64,000 bases of DNA from an uncultured Prevotellaceae bacterium (GCA_946540735.1 CAMNIN010000005.1:43953-107952), one strand, 5' to 3'. Positions 9,502-18,973 are shown, numbered from the stretch's first letter. Numbers and translations: made by a program. The notes: generated by a model not told the origin, from the letters alone.

Positions 9502-9557
9502 CACACGAATTAAGGAAGGGATGAAAATCCCAAGGATTAAAAGAAGCATCATTTCAC

Positions 9558-10343
9558 ATGAATTCCCAGATAAAAGCCCTGCTGTTGTTCGTCGTCACCT
9601 TTTCCGCCATCTTCTTCTATGCGAAGTCGCCAGTCGGCATGACTTTCGCCAAACAGATGCTGAGGAAAGTAGACCTTGACGGCCTCATGCCACAGCCCAA
9701 AGACACTACGCTGACCTTGTCGATTGTTGAGGAGAAAGTGGAGCCTGACTCCACCGCCCAGCGCTTCCTGTTTGTGGGCGACTCTATGGTAGAGCCCCTG
9801 GCCTATCGCTTCTACGACTACTGCAAGGAGAGCGGCGACACCATGTATGCTGTGACCTGGTATGGGAGTACGACAATGGCATGGAGCGGCGAAACCCTTG
9901 ACTATTTCATCAAGCAAGCCCGCCCCACCTTCGTGATATACTGCATGGGCAGCAACGAGCTCTATTCCAAAAATCTCAAGACCATCAACGAGAGCCTGCA
10001 CAAGATGAAGCAGAAAGCCGGCGACTGCCCGAGCATCTTCATCGGCCCGCCCAACACCAAGCCCGACGAAGGTCTGAATGCCGAGATCGCCAAGGTATTC
10101 GGCAAGAAAGGGTATTTCGACTCACGCAACATCGAGATGGAGCGCCGCAACGACCACCTGCACCCCACCATGGTGGGAGCCCGCACCTGGATGGATGAGG
10201 TAGCCATGTGGATGTCCAGTGACAGTTGCCTACATCCCGTGGTCCTCAACAAGCCAGAGGGCAAGCCGTCGATACGTATAGAGCATATCGAGGTAATGAA
10301 AGTGAAAGACAAAGGCCGTAAATTAAGCAGTCCGAAATCATAA
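9558..10343 (+). CDS. SGNH/GDSL-family hydrolase or acyltransferase, membrane-anchored or secreted
   Basis: The 261-aa ORF has an N-terminal hydrophobic segment. SGNH blocks are present: I FVGDSMV, III GSNE, V NDHLHP. Confidence 0.7.
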   Translation: MNSQIKALLLFVVTFSAIFFYAKSPVGMTFAKQMLRKVDLDGLMPQPKDTTLTLSIVEEKVEPDSTAQRFLFVGDSMVEPLAYRFYDYCKESGDTMYAVTWYGSTTMAWSGETLDYFIKQARPTFVIYCMGSNELYSKNLKTINESLHKMKQKAGDCPSIFIGPPNTKPDEGLNAEIAKVFGKKGYFDSRNIEMERRNDHLHPTMVGARTWMDEVAMWMSSDSCLHPVVLNKPEGKPSIRIEHIEVMKVKDKGRKLSSPKS

Positions 10344-10353
10344 TTCGCCGAGG

Positions 10354-11814
10354 ATGCAGTTACAAGACTACATATCCCACTTCCTGTCAGCCCCCGACAG
10401 CACGTGGTCGTTCGTCTCCATCCCATTCGCCGTGGTTTTCATGGTGTTTTTCGGCATTTACATTCTGATACGCCATTACTCCAAGGCCATCACCCTGGGC
10501 TATGTCGTGGCCTTCAGCCTGCTGTTCGCCTACAAGGCCAATGGCGTGCTGATGCTTTTGCTGCCCCTGACCGTGCTGCTGTCGTATTTCATGACCCAGC
10601 GGATGAGTAAAGAGGAAGGCACTCCCCGGCTCCGATGGATGTGGACCACTGTGGCAGTGGAACTTGCCCCACTTGTCTACTACAAATACACCAATTTCCT
10701 GATCGACATCCTGCGCGACATCACGCAGAGCAACTTCTCGCCACTGTCGATCATCCTGCCCGTGGGCATCTCGTTCTACACCTTTCAAGCCATCAGCTAC
10801 ACGGTGGATGTCTACAAGAAGCGGTTCACCATGGAGGTGAGCCTACTGGAGTATTGCTTCTATCTCACGTTCTTCCCCCTCCTTATGGCCGGCCCCATCA
10901 CCCGTGCCGAGACACTCATCCCTCAGATCAAACATCGCTACCACATCGGTGACAAGCAAGTGTACGACGGCATCTGGCTCATCATGAGCGGACTCATCAA
11001 GAAAGCACTGATAGCGGACTACATCGCCCAATACAACAATTGGATATTCTCCGACCCCAGTGCCTATTCCGGTTTCGAAAACCTGATGGGCGTATTTGGA
11101 TACACCCTGCAAATCTACTGCGACTTCTCCGGTTACAGCGACATCAGCATCGGCATCGCCCTGCTGCTGGGCATCACCTTGAAGGAAAACTTCAGATTTC
11201 CCTATCAGTCGCTCAACTTGCAAGAGTTCTGGCACCGCTGGCATATCTCCCTCTCGACCTGGTTCCGCGACTATGTGTACATCCCCCTCGGCGGCAACCG
11301 CAAGGGCAAGATCCGCACTTATGTCAACAATTTCGTCACAATGCTGGTAGCTGGCCTTTGGCACGGTGCATCCTGGATGTTCGTGCTCTGGGGGGCATTG
11401 CACGGGGCCGGGCTTGTCGTGCATAAACTCTGCAAGAGCAAACTCGACCAGCTCCCCAACTGTTGGTACGTGAAGTTGGGATCGTGGATGCTCACCTTCC
11501 TCTACGTGTCGTTCGCCTGGATTTTCTTCCGCGCCCCCGACATGCAGACCGCTATAACCATCCTCGGCAAAATCGGAAACGACTTCAGCCTGTCATATCT
11601 TCAGCCTTTTATCGAGACCCGTATGACCTGGACCGTATTTGTGGTATTGGGGTTTGCCCTCCACGGCGTGAGACAGAAGCACGTCGACAAGTTGAAAAGC
11701 ATCTACGCCGACACACCCTGGACGCTAAAACTGATCCTGCTCTTCGTGGTGCTCCAGTTGGTCATCAACTATCGCCTGAGCGACATCCAACCCTTCATCT
11801 ACGCACAATTCTAA
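10354..11814 (+). CDS. MBOAT-family membrane O-acyltransferase (AlgI/PatA/DltB-like)
   Basis: The 486-aa ORF is polytopic. MBOAT hallmarks are present (FWHRWHISLSTWFRDYVYIPLGGNRKG, then LWHGASW with the conserved His). Confidence 0.9.
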   Translation: MQLQDYISHFLSAPDSTWSFVSIPFAVVFMVFFGIYILIRHYSKAITLGYVVAFSLLFAYKANGVLMLLLPLTVLLSYFMTQRMSKEEGTPRLRWMWTTVAVELAPLVYYKYTNFLIDILRDITQSNFSPLSIILPVGISFYTFQAISYTVDVYKKRFTMEVSLLEYCFYLTFFPLLMAGPITRAETLIPQIKHRYHIGDKQVYDGIWLIMSGLIKKALIADYIAQYNNWIFSDPSAYSGFENLMGVFGYTLQIYCDFSGYSDISIGIALLLGITLKENFRFPYQSLNLQEFWHRWHISLSTWFRDYVYIPLGGNRKGKIRTYVNNFVTMLVAGLWHGASWMFVLWGALHGAGLVVHKLCKSKLDQLPNCWYVKLGSWMLTFLYVSFAWIFFRAPDMQTAITILGKIGNDFSLSYLQPFIETRMTWTVFVVLGFALHGVRQKHVDKLKSIYADTPWTLKLILLFVVLQLVINYRLSDIQPFIYAQF

Positions 11815-11824
11815 ATTATTCTCC

Positions 11825-12898
11825 ATGTCAAAAGTTTTCTACATAGTTGTGCTGCTCAGCCTGCTCTTTCACCTTCCCTTGACAGCCAGCACCTTCATCA
11901 AAGCCACAGACCCTGGTTTCGCCTATGTGGGCCGTATCAGTTGGAATACCACACCCGATGCAGCCGTATGGACCTATCCTGGCGTGCAGATTCACGCCAA
12001 TTTCCAAGGCACATCGGCATCGATGAAGACCAATACCGACTGCGGCTACTTCATGGTGGAAGTAGACGAACAGCCAGCTTATAAGGTGGAGGTACTGAAA
12101 GGCAGCCAGGTCACCCGTCTGGCCAGTGGACTGGCCGCAGGCATGCACCGTCTCACCCTCACCTATATCATCGAGGGTATGTATAAAAAACCCACCTTCT
12201 ATGGTTTGTTACTCGACGACGGATGCCAACTCGGCGAGCGCCCCATCCTGCCCGACCGCCGCATCGAGTTTATCGGCAACTCCATCACCTGCGGCTATGG
12301 CATCGAAGGAGATGGTACAGAGAAAAAGTTCCTCTTCAGCAAGCAAAACTTCTACCATACCTATGCTGCAAAGACCGCGCGCGCCCTGAATGCCCAGTGC
12401 CAGATTTGCGCTCGCAGCGGCATTGGCATCTATCGCAATTATGCTGGCAAGATACCCGATGAGATCATGCCCAACATCTATCCGCAGACTTTTTATTCGA
12501 CCAAGGGAGAAGCTTGGAATTTCAGTCTGTTTCAGCCCGATGTGGTGTGCGTGAACCTCGGCTGCAACGACACCTCGGTAGGGAAATACGACAAAGGTCT
12601 GCTCGCCGAAGCCTTCAAGAGCTTCACCCAAACCCTGCGCGGCTGTTACCCCCAAGCCAAGATTGTCTATATTATAGGTGCGATACCTGCCTCAAAACGG
12701 CTGACCGATATCCGTGAGGCTCAGGATTCGGCCATCGCCGATGCCGCCCTCCGTGGCGACCGTGAAGTCTACCGCATGGATTTCACCCCCGACGACGGTT
12801 CCCTCGGTTGGGGATCACAAGGTCATCCCTCAATGAAGCGCCATGCTGTCATGGCAGAAGAACTGACAGCCTATCTCCGCCAATTGATGGGATGGTGA
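11825..12898 (+). CDS. Secreted SGNH esterase with an N-terminal beta-sandwich (CE2/Ape-like architecture)
   Basis: The 357-aa ORF has a signal peptide. SGNH blocks are present (IEFIGNSITCGYG, LGCNDT, QGHPS). An N-terminal non-catalytic domain of about 140 aa precedes them. Confidence 0.7.
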   Translation: MSKVFYIVVLLSLLFHLPLTASTFIKATDPGFAYVGRISWNTTPDAAVWTYPGVQIHANFQGTSASMKTNTDCGYFMVEVDEQPAYKVEVLKGSQVTRLASGLAAGMHRLTLTYIIEGMYKKPTFYGLLLDDGCQLGERPILPDRRIEFIGNSITCGYGIEGDGTEKKFLFSKQNFYHTYAAKTARALNAQCQICARSGIGIYRNYAGKIPDEIMPNIYPQTFYSTKGEAWNFSLFQPDVVCVNLGCNDTSVGKYDKGLLAEAFKSFTQTLRGCYPQAKIVYIIGAIPASKRLTDIREAQDSAIADAALRGDREVYRMDFTPDDGSLGWGSQGHPSMKRHAVMAEELTAYLRQLMGW

Positions 12899-12998
12899 CA
12901 GGGATTTGTGGCCCGAAGTGCGTTAATTCTCTCAAATTTCTTTGACACATCAGCAATAATTGCTAAATTTGCCCGCAATTAGTATGTTATAGCTTGGA

Positions 12999-13529
12999 AT
13001 GAGAAAACTACTTTATTTCGCTTTGTCCGCCCTTCTCGTGGGCATTGCCTCAAGTTCTTGTGATGATGACAAGAAGACCGCCGAACTGCTGAAGCAAAGC
13101 ACGGAGATTGCCATAGAGCGCACCGATTCCTTCAACGAGGTGAGGAAAGACTCCTTGGCGAAGGTTGCGGTTCGTGAGAAGCGCCGCTCAGACAGTTTGC
13201 GACGTGTCGACTCCCTACGGAGGATCTATGAACGCAACAACATCACCATCTCAGGCAAGGTGGGAGAGAACAACGCCACGCTGAACATGCGCCGCAACAA
13301 CGACGTGGACGGTGTGAGTGGCACATTCACCTGCGAGGGAAAATCGGTGAGGGTGAGCGGAACATTCAACGACCGTGTGCGGTTGAGCGGCAAGCAGCAG
13401 ATCGACAGCACCTCATCGCTCCGAGTGAGCATCAGTCTGACACGCGTGGAAAACCAGTTCAGCGGCCAGGTCACTTTCGACCGCGATGGCAACAGCTATA
13501 CTCGCCAGGCTATCCTGCATCGGTATTGA
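12999..13529 (+). CDS. Hypothetical lipoprotein
   Basis: The 176-aa ORF has a lipobox (LVGIASSSC). A TAAATTTG -7 box lies at 12964-12971. I recognise no domain. Confidence 0.5.
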   Translation: MRKLLYFALSALLVGIASSSCDDDKKTAELLKQSTEIAIERTDSFNEVRKDSLAKVAVREKRRSDSLRRVDSLRRIYERNNITISGKVGENNATLNMRRNNDVDGVSGTFTCEGKSVRVSGTFNDRVRLSGKQQIDSTSSLRVSISLTRVENQFSGQVTFDRDGNSYTRQAILHRY

Positions 13530-13568
13530 TATAACCTTAACTCACATGCTCAGCCCTTCCCCTGGTGA

Positions 13569-13712
13569 AGACCACCATTGGAGGGGCTAAATGCATTACA
13601 TCAATCTGCGGTCTACAGCGTGGGGGGAGGCCTAATCAGATCAACCGCTGATATAGAGGGACTACCGAGAGGCATTTACATCTTTGGTGGTAATAAGATC
13701 ATAGTGAGATAA
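13569..13712 (+). pseudogene. Orphan remnant of a T9SS (Por) C-terminal sorting domain
   Basis: A 47-codon open frame with no start codon ends ...AVYSVGGGLIRSTADIEGLPRGIYIFGGNKIIVR*. This is the typical last two strands of a T9SS CTD. No upstream coding body is present. Confidence 0.5.
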
Positions 13713-13731
13713 CGGATATCTCTATTATTAC

Positions 13732-13773
13732 ATCAACGGCTCCCATCCGATTAGAGGAATGGGAGCCGTTGAT
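13732..13773. terminator. Strong hairpin downstream of the T9SS phosphoesterase gene
   Basis: The 15-bp perfect stem is atcaacggctcccat / atgggagccgttgat. No clear T-tract follows on either strand. Confidence 0.45.
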
Positions 13774-13803
13774 ATAGAGGAGATTGGCAAAGGAAGTGCC
13801 CAA

Positions 13804-15720
13804 CTATTTAACCGTGATCTTCCGGGATGTGTTTCCACTCTTGATGATATAGATGCCTTTGGGAAGTCCTGAGTGTCGTTTTCCCAGACATTGTCCTGAT
13901 ACAGTGTAGACAAGAAGTTCACGCTGGCAGTTATCGTCAACAGTTCGTATACCTGCCTCGTCGCCGAGCAAGACCGTGTGATACAAGTCATCTGTCTGGT
14001 CTGCATCCTCTGTGCCCAGATAAGAAATGTCGGACAGCATGCTTTTGAGCAAAGTCTCGGCATTGTCGAGCATAAAGAGATACAATGAGGTGGCCAGGAA
14101 AGCCCTTGTGGGCGCATTCTGGTTGTCAAAGACCAAGTCGGCTGCCACTTTGCAATCGGCCTCCAACTGGTTGATGACGTTATCGACAGCATCCTTGAGG
14201 TGCTCATTTCCTTCAGAGGTGGTAAAAATCACTTTTCTCATGGTCTCGCCGAAGGCCTCACAAGCGATGTCGGCCAATACGTCAGGATCCGAGGGCACAT
14301 CCTCCAAAACACTCTCAAAACCGGGAATGCCGGCGAACTGCTGGAGCATCTGATTGAAGGTGCTCTGGTTGCGGTAGACCAATTTCTTCACCGTCAGGTC
14401 CAGCGTCTCATCTATCTTGTCACGGGCTGCCTTCTGCACGTCGTCGAGCCGTGCAGAGCTGGTGATCGGGCGCGAGTCGATGTCGATCCGGGTAAGTTTA
14501 TCATCGAGAGTCAACAAGCGGTACATGCTGGGGTAGCTCACTGGCGAAGGAGAAGACACCTCAGTGATCATGCTCTCGCCGTCAAAACCCTTGATACGCG
14601 AGATATGAGGGATGTGCATGTGGCCCGTCAGCACCACCCGTATGCCATGATCAGCAAAGAGCCGTGCGATGCTGTCGCCCTGTTCGGTAGCGGCGGAATC
14701 CATCAATTTTGCCTGTTCGTTGTAGTGCTGAAGCAATTGATGATGGATGGCGGCGATCACTACCTTCCCATTCCCTATGGCCTCATCGGCCTTGTCCAGA
14801 ACCCATTGAAGGGTCTCCTGCGGCAGTCTGCCATATTCAGGATCATCCTTGCCCAGGTCGCCGCGGGCTGTCGTACGGCTATCGTCGATGCCGATGAACA
14901 CCACCCCCTCAAGGGGTTCGCAGGCATAGGTCAGAGAGTTGGGGTAAGGGTCGCGCTCCGAACGGTTGTCGTAGCCGAAATTGCGGTAGATTTCCTCAAA
15001 CTGAGGGATGGAGATCACCTCGGCGTCAGCTCGTTCGCTGCCCGTGCCATACGACCACGCGCCACGGCTTTCGAGATCATGGTTGCCTGGGATCACCAGC
15101 GACGGGATACCCTCGTCGAGCAGTTGCTGCAACCCCTCTGCCACCGCCTGATGACTGAGCAACTCACCATCCTTTGTGAGGTCGCCCGGTATGACCACGA
15201 GGTCGGGGCGCAATGCTCTGATGGTATCGAGACAGGCCAGAAATATCTCATAGCTGTACTTGATCAACTTTCGTTCTCCATTGATCATGTTGACGAACCT
15301 CTCATTGTTCTCATCTTCGACCAATGCCGGACCCAGCACATGCGGGTCAGCGATGACGACGATGCGTTTCCCCTCTTTCGGCAGCGGGTACAAGTCGACC
15401 TGGAAACCGGCAGTTGCCACGGTCTGGCCATCGCTGTCGGTCAAAAACACCCGATAATCGCCAGGTTGTAATGACGGTGGAAGTTCGAAGACACCATCAC
15501 CCTGCCCACAAGCACATTTCTCTTTGAGTGGAAGCATGGAAAAGTTGTGGTAGACCAGAATCTGGTCTCCGGAATGAGCTCCACTATATGCAACCGTCAC
15601 CCCCTCTCCTGGAGCGAAGACGGTTTTTCCACCTGAAACGGTCAGCGTCTGAGCTGATGCGAACTCAGCCACCCAAAGAAGGGAGGCTATGATCCATAAT
15701 CTGTATACGAAACGATTCAT
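13804..15720 (-). CDS. Secreted calcineurin-like metallophosphoesterase with a T9SS C-terminal sorting domain
   Basis: The 638-aa ORF has a signal peptide. Phosphoesterase blocks are present (VVIADPHV, GDLTKDG, PGNHD, LTGHMH). The C-terminus LLVYTVSGQCLGKRHSGLPKGIYIIKSGNTSRKITVK is a T9SS CTD. Confidence 0.8.
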   Translation of the reverse strand: MNRFVYRLWIIASLLWVAEFASAQTLTVSGGKTVFAPGEGVTVAYSGAHSGDQILVYHNFSMLPLKEKCACGQGDGVFELPPSLQPGDYRVFLTDSDGQTVATAGFQVDLYPLPKEGKRIVVIADPHVLGPALVEDENNERFVNMINGERKLIKYSYEIFLACLDTIRALRPDLVVIPGDLTKDGELLSHQAVAEGLQQLLDEGIPSLVIPGNHDLESRGAWSYGTGSERADAEVISIPQFEEIYRNFGYDNRSERDPYPNSLTYACEPLEGVVFIGIDDSRTTARGDLGKDDPEYGRLPQETLQWVLDKADEAIGNGKVVIAAIHHQLLQHYNEQAKLMDSAATEQGDSIARLFADHGIRVVLTGHMHIPHISRIKGFDGESMITEVSSPSPVSYPSMYRLLTLDDKLTRIDIDSRPITSSARLDDVQKAARDKIDETLDLTVKKLVYRNQSTFNQMLQQFAGIPGFESVLEDVPSDPDVLADIACEAFGETMRKVIFTTSEGNEHLKDAVDNVINQLEADCKVAADLVFDNQNAPTRAFLATSLYLFMLDNAETLLKSMLSDISYLGTEDADQTDDLYHTVLLGDEAGIRTVDDNCQRELLVYTVSGQCLGKRHSGLPKGIYIIKSGNTSRKITVK

Positions 15721-15732
15721 TTGTGATGAATA

Positions 15733-16848
15733 TTATGATTTTGCGTTAATGATGTTTTTCTTATGTATACCCCTGACCATCCGTTCGAGATGGCACTGGA
15801 GAAGATTCCCTTTTCCATCACGCAGGTGCATCCCATTTCCTTGACAATATCGCCACACGTTGCAGTCGGCGCACGGCCCCGTTTTCATCCAGGAATGGTC
15901 ACGGTAGGGCTGGAACTTGTTTTCCCATACTTCCAGGAAGTCATCATGATAGATGTTGCCCTGGGTGTAGTCGGAACGGATACTTGTGCAAGCAGATATG
16001 CCTCCGTCGGCGAGGATGCCCGCCACGGTGACACCCGCATGGCAAAAGAAGGCGTGTGGCCTCACGTCGAGTTCATACTCCCCCACGAAACCCTCACAGC
16101 CGTAGTTGACAGATATCTCTGGACAGTTCCGCTGCGTATCGAGGATAAAGTCGAGCAAGTCGTGGTAATGCTCATCAGAGAGGATCATCTGCGGGTCGGA
16201 GGCCGCCCTTCCAAGAGGGAAGACATCGATCAATCGCCAGTCCTCCACACCATGGGCGATCAGCCAATCGCGGAGCTGGGACAGCGTACCGATATTGCGC
16301 TCCGTAGCACACGTCACCACATCCCACACCACAAGAGGCTGGTTCCTCAACAAACCGATAGCTTGTTCGACCATGCCGAAGCTCCTCTCACTGCCCCGCA
16401 TCCAATTGTGGTCAGACTCCAGACCGTCAAGGCTCACCGCCACAGCATGCAACCCAGCGTCCACCAGCCGGCCGAAGCGCTCGGGGGTGAGGTGGAGGGC
16501 ATTGGTCACGATACCCCAAGGGAAACCCATTTCGTAGATTCTCCTCCCACACTCCTCCAGATCCTGTCGCATCAGCGGTTCACCCCCACTGATGGTGACG
16601 AAGACCTGATGAGGATCGTATTTCCTGCTGATACTTCTAAGCACACCAAGAAAATCCTCCACAGGCATGTCGGCGGCCTCTGCTTTCGTCTTGCAGTCGC
16701 TGCCACAATGCCGGCAACGGAGGTCACATCTGAGCGTACACTCCCAAAACACCTGCGTAAGCGGATGCCTTCTGACAATGTCGCTATGGAGTTTCCGTTC
16801 GATCTCCAATGCAACCTTCTTGGCCAAAGACAGCCCTTTGTATCTCAT
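15733..16848 (-). CDS. Radical SAM enzyme with a SPASM-type C-terminal Fe-S domain
   Basis: The 371-aa ORF has a CX3CX2C motif (CDLRCRHC). A GGEPL block is present. The Cys-rich C-terminus (FFCHAG...ISACTS...GPCADCNVWRYCQGNG) fits SPASM. Confidence 0.85.
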   Translation of the reverse strand: MRYKGLSLAKKVALEIERKLHSDIVRRHPLTQVFWECTLRCDLRCRHCGSDCKTKAEAADMPVEDFLGVLRSISRKYDPHQVFVTISGGEPLMRQDLEECGRRIYEMGFPWGIVTNALHLTPERFGRLVDAGLHAVAVSLDGLESDHNWMRGSERSFGMVEQAIGLLRNQPLVVWDVVTCATERNIGTLSQLRDWLIAHGVEDWRLIDVFPLGRAASDPQMILSDEHYHDLLDFILDTQRNCPEISVNYGCEGFVGEYELDVRPHAFFCHAGVTVAGILADGGISACTSIRSDYTQGNIYHDDFLEVWENKFQPYRDHSWMKTGPCADCNVWRYCQGNGMHLRDGKGNLLQCHLERMVRGIHKKNIINAKS

Positions 16849-16858
16849 CGGAGGTGCT

Positions 16859-17176
16859 TCATTTGGACTTTTTCTGACCTCTGAACCTGCGGTCCATCAT
16901 GTTAGGGCCACCATAGATTGTCTTGGTCCGCTCCAGATACTCGGCCCTTTTGATGCTGTCGGCTACGAAGTCCGCTCTGGCGTTGGCTCGCCCGATACTG
17001 TCCTGCCGCAACTGGTCACGCATCGCATTAGCACTTGCGACACTGTCGTTATAGGCTTGTTGTTGCCGCAGAATCGCTTTTCTCGAGAACCTGAGCGACT
17101 TGCATCCCGCAGTACCCATAAGGGTCATGAGGGCCGAAAGCAAAAGCATCAGCAATTTGTTATAACCTTGTCTCAT
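16859..17176 (-). CDS. Small lipoprotein (105 aa) encoded 10 nt upstream of the radical SAM gene
   Basis: It has a signal peptide plus lipobox (LMGTAGC). The mature part is Q/R/A-rich and helical, with a basic tail (RRFRGQKKSK). Confidence 0.6.
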   Translation of the reverse strand: MRQGYNKLLMLLLSALMTLMGTAGCKSLRFSRKAILRQQQAYNDSVASANAMRDQLRQDSIGRANARADFVADSIKRAEYLERTKTIYGGPNMMDRRFRGQKKSK

Positions 17177-17368
17177 ATTCTCTCGGTATCTATTTCGGGG
17201 CTAAAGATAAGGAAAACCCTTCAAACTCCGTGCAAAATTAACAAAAAAACGACGTAAACAAAAGTAAAATTCTATTTAAAACCATTGACACATCGTTAAA
17301 CCATCATTTCGGATTGTTAAAAGTGGACAAAATATTGCAAGAAATTTACGATTCTGCATTTTTGAGTC

Positions 17369-17376
17369 TAATTTTG
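17369..17376 (+). promoter_or_regulatory. -7 promoter box (TAATTTTG) upstream of htrA
   Basis: It matches TAnnTTTG about 40 nt upstream of the ATG at 17415. Confidence 0.4.
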
Positions 17377-17414
17377 CAGTCAGAAAAGAATGTCAAACAA
17401 AAAAACAAAAAACA

Positions 17415-18866
17415 ATGACAATTGCAACAAACAAAACCATGATGACGGCAGTCGCAGGTCTTCTGACTCTGGGACTGTCAGCGAGTGTTTTCAGTTCGGC
17501 AAACGCAGCAGAACCTATGGGAGGCCTTGTAGACCTGACCTATGCGGCCGAGAAAGCCGTGCCCGCTGTCGTTCACATCAAATACGTCCAAAATTCCAAG
17601 GTGACGACAATGGAAGTCGAAGACCCCTTCTCCGACTTTTTCAGCGACCCCTTCGGCTTTTTCGGCAATCCCAATAATGGCGGCAAGCAACGTCGTCAGG
17701 TACAGACCCCTAAGCGCGAAGCCAGCGGTTCAGGAGTGATCATCTCCACCGACGGTTATATCGTGACCAACAACCATGTGGTGGAGGGAGCCGACGAGCT
17801 CACCGTGACGCTGAACGACAACCGTGAATTCTCCGCCCGCATCATCGGCACCGACAAGAGTTCCGACCTTGCCCTGATCAAGATCGACGGCAAGAACCTG
17901 CCCAGCCTGCCCATCGGCGACTCCGACAAATTGAAGGTAGGAGAATGGGTGATCGCCGTTGGCAACCCATTCAATCTCAACAGCACCGTGACCGCCGGCA
18001 TCGTTAGTGCCAAGGCCCGCTCACTCTACGCCAACGGTGTGGAATCTTTCATCCAGACCGACGCAGCGATTAACCAAGGCAACTCTGGAGGTGCATTGGT
18101 CAATACCCAGGGAGAACTGGTCGGCATCAATGCCATGCTCTATTCACAGACTGGCAGTTACAGCGGTTATGGATTTGCCATTCCCACCACAATCATGAAC
18201 AAGGTGGTGAGCGACCTGAAGAAATATGGCACCGTGCAGCGCGCCATGCTTGCCATCATGGGCCAGGACGTGCACAACTATATCGACAGCCAGAAAGACA
18301 AAGGCACGGAAGTTGACCTCGGCACCAACGACGGTGTCTATATCAGTAAGGTGGAAGATGGTGGCGCAGCTGCGGAGGCCGGCATTGAGGAAGGCGACGT
18401 CATTGTCGCTATCGACGGCAAGAAAGTCTCCAAGATGGCAGAGCTTCAGGAAATTGTAGCCTCCAAGCGTCCTGGCGACCAAGTGAAGATCACCTATCTG
18501 CACAAGAAAGCCAAGAAAGAGAAGACCGTGACGCTGAAGAATGCCCAAGGCAACACGGAAGTGATGAAGACAGCCGACCTCGACATCCTCGGTGCTAACT
18601 TCAAGGCCATCACCGACGAACAGAAGAAGCAGCTGAATATCAGCTATGGCGTGGAGATCACCAAGGTGAACAAAGGCAAGCTTCAGGAAGAAGGCCTCTC
18701 GAAGGGATTCATCATCCAGAAAATCAACGACGAGCCCATGAAGACGGTGGACGACATCCAGAAAGCCGTGAAGGAAGCCTCGATGAGCAAGGAGCCCGTG
18801 CTCTACATCCAAGGTATCTATCCCACCGGCAAGAAGAAATATTTCGCTGTGCCGTTGAAGGATTAA
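17415..18866 (+). CDS. htrA: Do/HtrA-family periplasmic serine endopeptidase with PDZ domains
   Basis: The 483-aa ORF has a signal peptide. Trypsin-like blocks are present (TNNHVV, DLALIKI, GNSGGALVN), followed by two PDZ-like regions. Confidence 0.9.
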   Translation: MTIATNKTMMTAVAGLLTLGLSASVFSSANAAEPMGGLVDLTYAAEKAVPAVVHIKYVQNSKVTTMEVEDPFSDFFSDPFGFFGNPNNGGKQRRQVQTPKREASGSGVIISTDGYIVTNNHVVEGADELTVTLNDNREFSARIIGTDKSSDLALIKIDGKNLPSLPIGDSDKLKVGEWVIAVGNPFNLNSTVTAGIVSAKARSLYANGVESFIQTDAAINQGNSGGALVNTQGELVGINAMLYSQTGSYSGYGFAIPTTIMNKVVSDLKKYGTVQRAMLAIMGQDVHNYIDSQKDKGTEVDLGTNDGVYISKVEDGGAAAEAGIEEGDVIVAIDGKKVSKMAELQEIVASKRPGDQVKITYLHKKAKKEKTVTLKNAQGNTEVMKTADLDILGANFKAITDEQKKQLNISYGVEITKVNKGKLQEEGLSKGFIIQKINDEPMKTVDDIQKAVKEASMSKEPVLYIQGIYPTGKKKYFAVPLKD

Positions 18867-18973
18867 AGACATCGCAGCCACCCCCTCATTGAAGGCTCTG
18901 TGGGGCAGGATCGCAAAAACAGGCAAATGCGCAAATATTTGCGCATTTGTTTGTTTTTTTGCCGAAAAGGTCG

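Noticed and set aside
14200-15471. 423-aa plus-strand ORF
   Set aside because: It is antisense to the metallophosphoesterase/T9SS gene, which carries all four phosphoesterase blocks.
15763-16884. 373-aa plus-strand ORF
   Set aside because: It lies entirely antisense to the motif-supported radical SAM/SPASM gene (15733-16848). It has no recognisable domain. Its His/Arg/Val/Leu-rich composition is typical of a shadow frame.
18144-18926. 260-aa minus-strand ORF, and the 235-aa ORF at 19118-19825 (-)
   Set aside because: They are antisense to htrA and rpoD respectively. Both of those genes are unambiguous.
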